From: Methanobacteriota archaeon | GTDB taxonomy: Archaea > Thermoplasmatota > Thermoplasmata > SG8-5 > DAIRED01 | DNA length: 64,000 nucleotides | Assembly (NCBI GenBank): GCA_043799545.1 | Contig: JAZDNO010000023.1 | Span: 9,360 to 73,359 of the forward strand | Direction: 5' to 3' | In this document: positions 8,242 through 17,825 of the stretch, piece by piece | Position numbering within the stretch: position 1 is the first letter of the stretch | How the letters are laid out: each line of letters opens with the position of its first letter | Made by a program: the position numbers and the translations under genes | Notes under the pieces: model-generated | What the model was told of the DNA's origin: nothing | Database searches by the model: none | Seen by the model: only the letters and a program-made list of their open reading frames with translations

Positions 8242-9682
8242 AAGAGCCCCATATTGCAGAGAGCTCGCGCTTTTTCAGGCCCCCGGTGGCCAACGTCATC
8301 GCGACGTGGACTGCTGCGCACACTGCCCCGACGAGCCACAGCGAAACACCGTTCTCGGTGAAGATGTAGAGCGCGTATCCCGCGCTTATCGCCCCGGACG
8401 CCCCGACGACGTGGGGCCAGAGCTTCCAAGCCAGAGAGTTCACCCTTGTGGAAACCAGGTTGAGCGCCAGTAGCAGGCCCTCGGCGCAGACGAGCCCCCC
8501 GGCCACCCCGTTCGCGCCGTATTTGACGGCCAGCGGATACGCCGCCAGTGCGAGCAAGGTAGCGCCCGCCGCCATGTTCCACGCCGCGTCGCGTTGCCTG
8601 TCAGAGCTCCAGAGGTAGCCTCTCGTGACCGCGTTCGCGGCGGCAAGGGGCATCATCGCCGACAGGGCCATCAGCGGGACCGGGTCGTAGCCTTCTCCGA
8701 AGAGCAGGGCTGTGAGCGGCTTCGCCAGCGCGAAAGTCAGGATGGCCCCGGTCACCGTGATGAAGAGCACGAACCTCAGCCCTGCGAGGTAGGCAGCGCG
8801 CATCCTCTTCTCCTCGGCGCCCATCCCGGCCAGCACGGGATACAGCGCGGCTTCCAGCGCGAGCGGGACTATGAGGACGAAACCCACGGCGCGGTAGGCG
8901 GCGCTGAACCATCCGGTCTGCTCGCTTCCGGACAGCCAGTATAGCGCAAGCGTGGGGACGGCGATGTAGAATGACAGAACGAATTCAAAGGCCGCGAATG
9001 GCGCGGCCGCTTTCAGCCAAGGCTTGAGGCTCCCCCCGACGGCGGGCTTCCCTCCGAGTCGGAGGCAGTACCCCCACGAGGCTACCAGGCGCACGACGGA
9101 AGCGGCGAGCATCGCCAGCATCGCCCCCTCGATGCCCAGGCCCAGGAATATCGCCGCGCCGACGCAGGCGGCCTGCGCCACACGCCACGCTATCTGCGTG
9201 TAGGCCTCGGCGCCCATCCTCTGGACCCCCCTGAAGAACGCGTAGAAGATGCCGCTCGCGGTGTCGAGCATCGAGACTCCCCCCGCGATGAGGACCAGCC
9301 CCGCGGCGAACAGGTCCTCGGTCAGGAGGAATGCGGCGGCTGCGAGCGCTGGAAAGACTGCGCCGGTGATTGCCAGTCTCAGCGTCAGCAGCTGCCCGAA
9401 GCTGGTCCCGTCCTCGGGGCGGCGCGCGACCTCCCGTATCGCGAGGGCATCGAGACCGAAATCAGCGAAGATTGCGAAGACCGCCGCGAGGGAGAAAGCG
9501 AAGCTGTATGTCCCGAAAAGGCCGTCGCCGAGGTACCGTGCTAACGCGACGACGATGAGCGCGCCAATCGCCTTGCTGGCGAGGCTCGCTGCTACGACGT
9601 AGCCCGCGTTGCTCAGCATCCGCCCCGGCCTTCCGCTCATTGGCGGGCAATCGAGCCCTGCGTTAAATATCCTGCGCTCCAT
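8231..9682 (-). CDS. Wzx/MATE-like oligosaccharide flippase
   Basis: Multi-TM protein with ARYLG...FGTYSFAFS, DFGL..LAIREVAR, GWFSAAYR and ALYPVLA motifs. Confidence 0.92.
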   Translation of the reverse strand: MERRIFNAGLDCPPMSGRPGRMLSNAGYVVAASLASKAIGALIVVALARYLGDGLFGTYSFAFSLAAVFAIFADFGLDALAIREVARRPEDGTSFGQLLTLRLAITGAVFPALAAAAFLLTEDLFAAGLVLIAGGVSMLDTASGIFYAFFRGVQRMGAEAYTQIAWRVAQAACVGAAIFLGLGIEGAMLAMLAASVVRLVASWGYCLRLGGKPAVGGSLKPWLKAAAPFAAFEFVLSFYIAVPTLALYWLSGSEQTGWFSAAYRAVGFVLIVPLALEAALYPVLAGMGAEEKRMRAAYLAGLRFVLFITVTGAILTFALAKPLTALLFGEGYDPVPLMALSAMMPLAAANAVTRGYLWSSDRQRDAAWNMAAGATLLALAAYPLAVKYGANGVAGGLVCAEGLLLALNLVSTRVNSLAWKLWPHVVGASGAISAGYALYIFTENGVSLWLVGAVCAAVHVAMTLATGGLKKRELSAIWGSFKP

Positions 9683-9782
9683 TTTTGCTTTTGTACCTGT
9701 TGAATCAGCTCATCAGCAGATTTATTAATTTGTTGGTCATTGCTTTATTATAGTATTTATCGTATGTACAAGGTTGGTAAAT

Positions 9783-10520
9783 ATGAAGAAGAGTAAAAGT
9801 GTGAAACGGGGCGCAGGTGAGGCCAGGAATAAATCATCGGGTGAGATCACAACCCCAACCATGGTCGACGATTCTGAGTCGTCCATCGACATATACAAGT
9901 TGAGGTCTTTGTACGAAGATTTTGAGGACGAGGAGTTGATAATTTACCAATCCGTATACGGGAGGAAAATCTACAACAGTTTCAAGTTGTACGACAAGAC
10001 CGGTGGCGGTGCGGTTCAGATGAACGGGCACAGCCAATGCATCGCAGACACAGACAAGCACATAGGCGATTACTACTATTTGCTGGCTGCCCGTTGGGTC
10101 CGTGTAAGCGATTCCACGATTCATTTCATTTCGGAGGCCAAATGGGCTCCGCGAAGCGGCCCAACGGTTCCGACGATTGGTTTAGGGTTGGCAAGCAGCT
10201 TCAGCGCCGGCGGCAAGTACGCGCTTTTTAAGAACGGGGCAACACGTGGAACGGTCAAATGCGTCACCAAAAAAAGTTGGCTGGAGACATCGTCAGACAA
10301 CATCCCCTGCGACATAGGCATTAACCACAAGTACGAGATCAAGTTGAGGGCTGGGCACGTGTATTTCTACATCGATCACATCGAGGTCGCCCACCACACG
10401 ACAAACATTCCAGACTCAACGGAATCCTTGCAGGCGCATGCGGCGATAACAACAAACGACAACGTCGCATCCGCAATGACCTTGGAGTACATTTTCGTGA
10501 TATTGGGCGAGAAATTCTAG
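9783..10520 (+). CDS. Hypothetical protein, probable concanavalin-A-like beta-sandwich, no signal peptide
   Basis: Lower-GC ORF with its own AT-rich upstream region. YEDF...HKYEIK...YFYIDHIEVAHHTTNIP resembles beta-sandwich proteins I associate with environmental virus genomes. Confidence 0.65.
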   Translation: MKKSKSVKRGAGEARNKSSGEITTPTMVDDSESSIDIYKLRSLYEDFEDEELIIYQSVYGRKIYNSFKLYDKTGGGAVQMNGHSQCIADTDKHIGDYYYLLAARWVRVSDSTIHFISEAKWAPRSGPTVPTIGLGLASSFSAGGKYALFKNGATRGTVKCVTKKSWLETSSDNIPCDIGINHKYEIKLRAGHVYFYIDHIEVAHHTTNIPDSTESLQAHAAITTNDNVASAMTLEYIFVILGEKF

Positions 10521-10609
10521 CGGTCACCTTGATTGCACATCCACCCGACGGTTTGGTTCCCGTCCATCCGCTCCCAAAGTTTTATCCGGTGGCGAGGGGA
10601 TTGGGATTC

Positions 10610-11164
10610 GTGAGGCAATCTGTCCGTGCTCTCGTCGCGGTGGCGTTCGCCGCCACTTTACTATCCGCTTGCGTGAATGCCAGCGCCGCTTCCATTACCC
10701 CCACCGTGTCTCCGACGCGTGGGAGCATCAGCGCTGAGTACGCCTTCGTAGTCAGGTACTCGGGGCAGCTGGCCGTCTCCAGCGCCACGGTCTACATCAA
10801 CGGCGAGGCCCGCGCCATGGGTGAGGTAGACCCCGCGGACCAGAACGTCACGAACGGCAAGGACTACTCCCTTGTCACGAAGCTGCCCGAGGGCGCGAAC
10901 GTTTACTATTTCCTGGTCGTCGACGCCAACGGGACAGAGTACCGCAGCGCGGCCGGAACTGTGGTCGTGGACCCGCTCCTGGAATTCGGGCACTTCGACG
11001 TCGCGCTCGCGGTGCTGCTGTTCATGCTCCCTCTCGCATACGCCATGCTCCTGATGAGGCGGGCCACGAAGGCGCTGGAGAAGGTGGCGAAAAGGCTGGA
11101 ACCGAAGGATGAAAAACCCGAAGCTGGCATCAAGGAGCCAGAGGCTCCTCTGAATCGTGGCTGA
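10610..11164 (+). CDS. Secreted Ig-like domain protein with C-terminal TM anchor
   Basis: Signal peptide (RALVAVAFAATLLSACVNASA), beta-rich domain, hydrophobic helix followed by RR. Start GTG 10610 or TTG 10601. Confidence 0.75.
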   Translation: MRQSVRALVAVAFAATLLSACVNASAASITPTVSPTRGSISAEYAFVVRYSGQLAVSSATVYINGEARAMGEVDPADQNVTNGKDYSLVTKLPEGANVYYFLVVDANGTEYRSAAGTVVVDPLLEFGHFDVALAVLLFMLPLAYAMLLMRRATKALEKVAKRLEPKDEKPEAGIKEPEAPLNRG

Positions 11165-12239
11165 GCGCGGAGCCGCACGAAGCGCAGGCCAGGTCTTCGG
11201 GCACGCACCCGGCATGGTACGTCCGCCCGCACTCGCATTCGGCGAACTTCTGCGTTTTTACCAATTTGCTGCAGGCCGCGCAGCGCCTCCTCCTCCCCAT
11301 CGGGAGCTCGTTGCCGACGCCGAGCACCTTGAACATTATCCCCCAGAACAGGAGTATCCAGGCCATGAAGATGAATATGCCCGCGTTGTTGTGGGTCCAC
11401 GTCAGCGCCTCGGGCCCGTAGTTGACGCCGACGAGGACGATTAGCGCCATCCTGATGACGTTGGCGTACCACGCCATCACCACTCCCACAAGGAGGAGGA
11501 CTCCCACGCGCGCGTCGAACTTCTTGTATTCTATGGCGACGAATGCTGCGAAGGCGGAGATGAAAATCGTCACCGAATAAAGCCCGGTGCAGGAGAGCCC
11601 GATGGAAACGGCCTGCTGGAATCCGTCCGTGCCGATGTAGTTGATTATGTTGTGCCGGTTCGGGTCGAGCCAGTTGTCCACGCCGAAGATGGAGAGCAGC
11701 CCCGAGGTCGGGCGCGTGAGCAGCCATTCGGTCCATGGAGTATCGGTGTTCGCTTCGGTGAGGGCTCCGTATTTCAAACTGTATATCGTCGTCGGGACGA
11801 CCAGAATCGCGAAGAGGAATGCGAAGAACAGGAATGCGAAATCTCGCTCGGCCGCGTATTTCGATGGGACGTAGTTGTATGCCAGCAGTATCGCGCCCAG
11901 GAGCAGGGCGACGTAGTCGTTGCTGCCGAGCTGGATGGCGCCCGCGGTCGCCAGGTTGTACGCGACGACGAGGATTATCGCCGCCACTCCGCCCACGGGC
12001 ATCAGGTCGGCGAGCCTGCCGTTCAGGGTGACGGCGTGGATGAGCCTTCCCGCCAGGTTGTCAGATGGTTTTTTCTCCTCCCGCTCGGAACCCCTGTAGC
12101 CCCACGAGAGGATCGCCAGCCCTATGGCGAAGAGCGTGGCGCCGAAGAGCCTGTTCAGGTGGCTCAGCAGAATCATCACGTCGAGCCCGGCGAAGAGGAA
12201 GACGAGCCCGACTAGCAGCTTCATGCGCCCGCCGCGCAT
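11130..12239 (-). CDS. Archaeosortase/exosortase (ArtC-like) with C-terminal C4HC3 zinc finger
   Basis: Multi-TM. Catalytic Cys (SCTGLYS), Arg (ANVIRM) and His (WTHNN). Tail CAAC..CECG..YHAGC..CASC. Confidence 0.9.
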   Translation of the reverse strand: MRGGRMKLLVGLVFLFAGLDVMILLSHLNRLFGATLFAIGLAILSWGYRGSEREEKKPSDNLAGRLIHAVTLNGRLADLMPVGGVAAIILVVAYNLATAGAIQLGSNDYVALLLGAILLAYNYVPSKYAAERDFAFLFFAFLFAILVVPTTIYSLKYGALTEANTDTPWTEWLLTRPTSGLLSIFGVDNWLDPNRHNIINYIGTDGFQQAVSIGLSCTGLYSVTIFISAFAAFVAIEYKKFDARVGVLLLVGVVMAWYANVIRMALIVLVGVNYGPEALTWTHNNAGIFIFMAWILLFWGIMFKVLGVGNELPMGRRRRCAACSKLVKTQKFAECECGRTYHAGCVPEDLACASCGSALSHDSEEPLAP

Positions 12240-13139
12240 CTAAGCCTCCCGCATCAGCTCCTTCAGGCCGCTCTCCAGGGTCGTGCGCGGCTCGTATCCC
12301 AGCAGGCGCCTCGCCTTTTCTATGCTAGGGTAGCTGTGCTTGATGTCGCCATCTCTGGAAGCTCCATGCTCTATCCTGACGTCCTTGCCGGAGAGCTTCG
12401 CCACGGTCTCCGCCAGCTTGTTGACCGTGGTGTGCGCGCCCGTACCGCAGTTGAAGACCTGGCCCACCGCACCCTTCTTGCTGGCCGCCAGCTCTATGAA
12501 GTGCACGACATCGGCCGCGCTCACGAAATCGCGCGTCTGCTTGCCGTCCCCGTGGACAACGAGCGACTTCCCGGCTTTGGCAGACTGGATGAACTTCGAT
12601 ATGACTCCAGTGTACGGGTTCCTCGGGTCCTGGCGTGCGCTGTAGATGTTGAACGGCCTGACGATTGTCGCTGGCAGGTCCAGGTGCTCGTGGAAGTGCA
12701 TGGCGTACCACTCGCCGCCGAGCTTGCTCCAGCCGTACGGGCTGATGGGGGTGAGGGGGTGCGCCTCGTCTATTGGGAGCTTGACCGGGTTGCCGTAGAC
12801 GGCCGCGGAGCTGACGTAGACGAAGCGCTTGACCCCCGATTCCAGGGAGGCGCCCAGCAGCTTGCTCGTTCCCAGCACGTTGTTCTCCGTGTAGCGGTCG
12901 GGGTGCCTGATGGACTCCTCGACGCTGATGAAGGCGGCGCAGTGGACGACGACGTCGACGTCCTTGAGGAGATGGAGCATGAGCTGCTGGTTCTTGATGT
13001 CCCCCTCGACGGTGACGTCCGCGACGCGCGGGTACCTCGGCTTGTGCAGGTCGACGCCGACGACCTCTCCGCGCCTGGCGTAGTGGTCGACGAGATACGA
13101 GCCGAGCTGGCCGGCCGCGCCTGTGACGAGGAGCTTCAT
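12240..13139 (-). CDS. NAD-dependent epimerase/dehydratase (GalE/WbpP-like extended SDR)
   Basis: MKLLVTGAAGQLG, VVHCAA, YVSSAAVYG, YGWSK (YxxxK), RPFNIY, RDFV. Start at ATG 13139. Confidence 0.93.
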   Translation of the reverse strand: MKLLVTGAAGQLGSYLVDHYARRGEVVGVDLHKPRYPRVADVTVEGDIKNQQLMLHLLKDVDVVVHCAAFISVEESIRHPDRYTENNVLGTSKLLGASLESGVKRFVYVSSAAVYGNPVKLPIDEAHPLTPISPYGWSKLGGEWYAMHFHEHLDLPATIVRPFNIYSARQDPRNPYTGVISKFIQSAKAGKSLVVHGDGKQTRDFVSAADVVHFIELAASKKGAVGQVFNCGTGAHTTVNKLAETVAKLSGKDVRIEHGASRDGDIKHSYPSIEKARRLLGYEPRTTLESGLKELMREA

Positions 13140-13182
13140 GGGAATAAGATAGCGAATCGTCAATATTAAGGCTTTTGGAATC

Positions 13183-13980
13183 TCAAGCCGATTCGATATT
13201 CCCGGCCAAGTGATTCCCTGTTCCGCTGTCCTTGATATGCTTGAAATTTCCGCAAAGTGCGTTAGAGGCAACCGTGTTGTATCGGACTCCCGCACTGGTC
13301 AAGTTGATGCCGACCGCGCCCACGCTGCTGTGGTTCGAGATTACATTGTTTTTAATGACATGGTACTGGTTGTAAACGTTGCTCGCGCCGCATAAATAAA
13401 CTCCGTACTTGCCCTTTAGCAGAAGATTGTCCCTTATCACGTTGCCCTGCGCGGTCTCGTCTCCTGAAAGATATATGTTGTGTCCGGAGGTAATCATCCT
13501 GTTGTTGTCCACCAGATTGTACGAGGAGCCCTGGCCCAGCACTATCCCGAACACCTTCTCTCCCAGTATGACGTTGTCGTGGAAGCGGCAGTGATTGATT
13601 GTCACGTTGGAGTGGATGCCATAGCACGCCTTAGTCAAGTCTATGGTGAAGCCGGATATCTCGACTGCGTCGGACTTCACGTCGAACACCATGTCGCCGC
13701 TGGTGTTGGTCATCTTGCAGAAGGCGGCTCCCATCCCGATGATGTGGACCCCATCGACATCGACGAGCACGGCCTCTTCGTAGTCGCCCTTCCTCACGAA
13801 GACGTAATCGTTCGCGTTCGGCGAGCACAGCGCGAGCGCAGCGCCGATGGTCTCCTTGGCGGTGGCCCAGGACGTCCCGGATTTTCCGTCGCTGCCCGAG
13901 ACCCCGTCCACGAAATATGCCATTCCCAGGCGCTTCTCGTACGGCAGCAGCTTCCCTCCGAAATGCGAAACGATGTCCAT
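13183..13980 (-). CDS. Right-handed parallel beta-helix (pectin-lyase-like) protein, no signal peptide
   Basis: N-terminal YFVDGVSGSDGKSGTSWATAKETI...GDY cap, then Asn/Gly-rich NN-I repeats. AGGAGG SD upstream. Confidence 0.8.
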   Translation of the reverse strand: MDIVSHFGGKLLPYEKRLGMAYFVDGVSGSDGKSGTSWATAKETIGAALALCSPNANDYVFVRKGDYEEAVLVDVDGVHIIGMGAAFCKMTNTSGDMVFDVKSDAVEISGFTIDLTKACYGIHSNVTINHCRFHDNVILGEKVFGIVLGQGSSYNLVDNNRMITSGHNIYLSGDETAQGNVIRDNLLLKGKYGVYLCGASNVYNQYHVIKNNVISNHSSVGAVGINLTSAGVRYNTVASNALCGNFKHIKDSGTGNHLAGNIESA

Positions 13981-14184
13981 CTCCCTTTCCTCCTTGCTAG
14001 ACGCATGGCATGCTCCGATGATATATTAGCTTTGCTTCCGGAAGGTCATCCGCGTAGTTTGGCTAGGCGCTTCTCCGGCAACCGTCCAGTCATCAAAGTC
14101 AAAATATGCGCCAATAAGAAACCTATAAATAGCCATGGAATCATTTTGTCTATTAGAGATTGAGCGGTTCGGCGGAGCATCCAA

Positions 14185-16038
14185 ATGGCGATGAAGAGTT
14201 TGGCGTTATTGGTCGGTATAGCAATCGCAGTGAGTTCATTAGGGTTGACGACATATGCTCGGACGTCGGAGACGAAACCGATGCATTGGCTAGCTCCTTA
14301 TGGTTACGAAGGGATGATTTACTGGCCGGACGGCACAACATTATTAGACGATGAAACGTCAGCGAATTTCAATATGATGATTTGTATTGACGACGATAAC
14401 GACGGGATTGTATGGAATCCTGGTACAGGACTGCCAGAGGATGAGCGGTACTACGTCTGGAGCGACGCTGGGATGAACGGATTTTGTGCAATCGATGATT
14501 CTAATATCCCTGGTGCAGCGTACTACGCCGAGTCATTTTGTGTCGGATTACCGGGAGGAGTTGGGTTAACCTTCAGAGTGTGGGTGAACGGCTCGAAGTT
14601 CACCTCAGTCGATTCGCAGGACGGATATTGCGGCAAGATGGGGGCGACGCCACAGGCGGACGGCACGTACTCGGTAGCGGACTCGACGTTTACGTTCCTA
14701 CCCGGCGCTTCCATGTGGCACGACATGCAGATACCCGGACCACCATTGAGTGACATTATTCCACCAATAGTGATTTCAACATATCCCCCGCAAGGAACTG
14801 ATGTTATGGATCCGTATGTGATCATAAGAATCGATTTCAATGAGGCAATCAATATCACCTCAGTCCTGTATGCAATAGAGCCAGAGCCAGACGACATAAG
14901 CGCGAGTTGGAGCAACAGCAATAAGACAATGTGGATAAACCATTCGATATTTGATGGCGGGATATTTTACTGGGCGAACATCACTCAAGCCAAGGACAAG
15001 GCTGGCAATCCTTTGAATCCTACGCCTTATTCCTTGTTTTTCGCAGTGTTAGCGTATCCAAATTCCTGGTCATCACCGTTCGGGATGGAGGGATACGTTT
15101 ATCTTCCGAATGGGACAACATTGCTACTGGGTGAAACCGCGTCGAATTTTGAAATGATATTTTGCGTCGATGCTGATAACGATGGACAGTATTATAATCC
15201 CAAGACCGGGGAGGGTGACGTTATTCACTGCTACAGCGATGAGGGAATCAATGGCTATCAGCCCTTGGATGATACATACATCGACACCAGCTTTTGGCAA
15301 TATACGATGCAACCTGGATACCCAGGTGGATATAACAATAAATATAAAATTTGGATAAATGGCTCAAAGCTGATTACCACAAACTCCCAGGACGGATGGT
15401 GCGGCAAGCCGGGGTCGATACCCTTGGCTGACGGAACATATTCCCCAACGGACCAGATATTCACGTTCCCGCCCACGGGGGGTAGTGTATGGCAGAACTC
15501 TAAGATTCCCGGGCCACCGCAGCCAACATTCAAAGTTCCCGTCGTCGCCGGCTGGAACCTCATTTCGGTGCCACTAATCCCGTTGGTCACTGCGCTGCCA
15601 ACCCCCCTAATGGACAACGACGGAGACACGCAATGGACAAGGGCTATGTGGTACGACCCGTGGGACACAGCCGACCATTGGAAACAATACAACAGCGTTT
15701 GGAACCCAGCCCTCAACGACCTTGAAGGTGTCGATGGTAATATTGGAGTCTGGCTGTATGTCACAACAGTCGGCGACGCTTACATCAACGTAACCGGGAG
15801 CGAGCCCACAAGCACGGCAATCCAGCTAAAAGCAGGCTGGAATCAGGTAGGTTACCCATCCATCGCGCCGAGGACAGTTTCCGACACCTTCTGGGGAACT
15901 GGTGCAGACATAGTGGAGGTTTTCGATCCGATACAACCATACATGACCAAAACCGTCTCCGCCTCCTATGTGATGGTCCCTGGAAAAGGGTACTGGGTGC
16001 ATGTGAATACTGATACGGTCTGGGCGGTGACCTGGTAA
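14185..16038 (+). CDS. Secreted surface protein: domain A + Big_5-like Ig + domain A + tandem GWN C-terminal modules
   Basis: Signal peptide; two copies of EGxxYxxDGTTLL..ICxDxDNDG..SQDGxCG..IPGP; C-terminal AGWNLISVP/AGWNQVGYP..GKGYW. Confidence 0.85.
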   Translation: MAMKSLALLVGIAIAVSSLGLTTYARTSETKPMHWLAPYGYEGMIYWPDGTTLLDDETSANFNMMICIDDDNDGIVWNPGTGLPEDERYYVWSDAGMNGFCAIDDSNIPGAAYYAESFCVGLPGGVGLTFRVWVNGSKFTSVDSQDGYCGKMGATPQADGTYSVADSTFTFLPGASMWHDMQIPGPPLSDIIPPIVISTYPPQGTDVMDPYVIIRIDFNEAINITSVLYAIEPEPDDISASWSNSNKTMWINHSIFDGGIFYWANITQAKDKAGNPLNPTPYSLFFAVLAYPNSWSSPFGMEGYVYLPNGTTLLLGETASNFEMIFCVDADNDGQYYNPKTGEGDVIHCYSDEGINGYQPLDDTYIDTSFWQYTMQPGYPGGYNNKYKIWINGSKLITTNSQDGWCGKPGSIPLADGTYSPTDQIFTFPPTGGSVWQNSKIPGPPQPTFKVPVVAGWNLISVPLIPLVTALPTPLMDNDGDTQWTRAMWYDPWDTADHWKQYNSVWNPALNDLEGVDGNIGVWLYVTTVGDAYINVTGSEPTSTAIQLKAGWNQVGYPSIAPRTVSDTFWGTGADIVEVFDPIQPYMTKTVSASYVMVPGKGYWVHVNTDTVWAVTW

Positions 16039-17816
16039 TGAATGGCCTGGCGTTGTTGGTCGGCATGGCAATCGCGGCGAGTTGTATTGGAATAACCACA
16101 TCGGCCACCACATCTGATATTGAATTAAAAGGATGGCCTGAGGAAGGCCAGTGGTTCCTTGAGGGAATGATTTACTGGACGGACGGTTCAACAATCCTGG
16201 ATGCAGAAACTCAAGCGAATTTTAATATGATAATTTGCATTGACTATGATGGCGATGGCCTGTTTTGGAACCCAGGCACCGGATTACCTGTAGACGAGGC
16301 TGACTACTGTTTCAGTGACGCGAATATGAATGGCTACGGGGCGATAGACGACTCGAACATCCCGATGTGGGGATATTGGAGCCACACAATCCAAGTCGGA
16401 CAGCCTGGTGGCGAGGGTAACATGTTCAAGGTCTGGGTGAACGGCTCTAAGTTCACAACAATTGCATCGCAGGATGGATACTGCGGCAAGATGGGGGCGA
16501 CGCCTCAGGCGGACGGCACGTATTCTGCGATAGACTCAACATTTATTCTCGGACCAGATGGCATGCAGCTGTGGCACGACATGCAGATTCCCGGGCCCGC
16601 CGCAACGAAGACCTACGGCCCTGCCGCGCCGACCAACGTGCGAACGTGGCTCGTCGGCTCGCAAGCCCTGGCGACAGACGTCAACGTTTCGTGGAACGCC
16701 GTGGCTGGCGCGACCGGTTACAACATCTACCGCGGGACCGCGCCCTACTCGATTGACTTCGCAGCCCCGCTCAACGGGGGTGTGCCAATCGTGGCGCTTC
16801 AGTATGTCGACGCGGGAGCCATTGCAGGCGCTCCGCAGTACTACTACTCTGTCAGGTCAGTCGCCGGGGGCGTCGAGAGCGCCACCAGCGAGACAGTTGG
16901 CAAGTACACGATGAGCCTGCTGGCCGGCTACAACGCCTTCGGCTGCCCGCTCGCCCTCTTCCCGGAGAGGGTGGACTACCAGGGCCACCTGCTCTGCGAC
17001 TGGCGCCTGATAAGGGCCACGAGCGCGGACAGGATTCCGAACGCAACGACCATCTTCACCTATACCTACGCCACCCAATCATGGAAGGGCAGGGCGGCGA
17101 CAACCCCCGATGCGATACCGCACACGGTAATCAACCCGCATGATGACGGGCTCCTGATGTATATGTCGCAGGCTGACAGCTACACCTGGGTCGGGTGGCC
17201 GGCGGAGCAGATAAGGACCGCCAACTTCTCCGGGGCGACGCCGCTGTCAGCGCCTGGCAACTTCCATGTAGAGTGGTCCGGAGCAGACATCCGGTTGACT
17301 TGGGATGCAGTCGTCGGCGCCAACCGCTACGAAGTCTACACCGCGACCAGCAGGTCTCTGATGAATTACAACTTCGCATCCCCTGCGTACAGCGGAACCA
17401 ATCTGTTCTGGGTGGACGCAGGAGCCAATACGACGGTCGGACAGAAGTATTACATCGTGGTGGCCGTCGACGGCGATGGCGACAAGGGTGACAGCTCTTA
17501 CGCAGCGGGGAAATGCACGAGGAGTCTGGGGGCCGGGTACAACGCGATAACCACGCCGTTCGAGTCTTTCAGGGGCCACACGGATACTCAAGGCCACCAG
17601 CTTTGCGACTGGACGCTTATCGACGGCGGCTCGCCGTTCAGCTACAGGCGCATCCCGAACGCGACAGTGGCATTCACCTTCGATGTTTCGGGGCAGCGAT
17701 GGGTGGGAAGGTCGTCGTCGACGCCGGAATTCGTAAGCCATCGGATATTGGAAGTGCAGGGCATGGGAATGATGGTTTACATGGGAGCCGCAGGCACGTA
17801 TACCTGGGTCGGTTGA
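16038..17816 (+). CDS. Secreted surface protein: domain A + two FN3-like/GWN-like C-terminal units (chimera)
   Basis: Signal peptide homologous to that of 14185; C-terminal two-thirds strongly similar to the C-terminus of 20302. TAATG overlap with the upstream gene. Confidence 0.85.
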   Translation: MNGLALLVGMAIAASCIGITTSATTSDIELKGWPEEGQWFLEGMIYWTDGSTILDAETQANFNMIICIDYDGDGLFWNPGTGLPVDEADYCFSDANMNGYGAIDDSNIPMWGYWSHTIQVGQPGGEGNMFKVWVNGSKFTTIASQDGYCGKMGATPQADGTYSAIDSTFILGPDGMQLWHDMQIPGPAATKTYGPAAPTNVRTWLVGSQALATDVNVSWNAVAGATGYNIYRGTAPYSIDFAAPLNGGVPIVALQYVDAGAIAGAPQYYYSVRSVAGGVESATSETVGKYTMSLLAGYNAFGCPLALFPERVDYQGHLLCDWRLIRATSADRIPNATTIFTYTYATQSWKGRAATTPDAIPHTVINPHDDGLLMYMSQADSYTWVGWPAEQIRTANFSGATPLSAPGNFHVEWSGADIRLTWDAVVGANRYEVYTATSRSLMNYNFASPAYSGTNLFWVDAGANTTVGQKYYIVVAVDGDGDKGDSSYAAGKCTRSLGAGYNAITTPFESFRGHTDTQGHQLCDWTLIDGGSPFSYRRIPNATVAFTFDVSGQRWVGRSSSTPEFVSHRILEVQGMGMMVYMGAAGTYTWVG

Positions 17817-17825
17817 GAGGGAACG

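Noticed and set aside
9683-14184. Integrated provirus or mobile element
   Set aside because: Only two virus-like orphan ORFs. No integrase, terminase, capsid, att repeats or tRNA target, and host-type genes lie between them.
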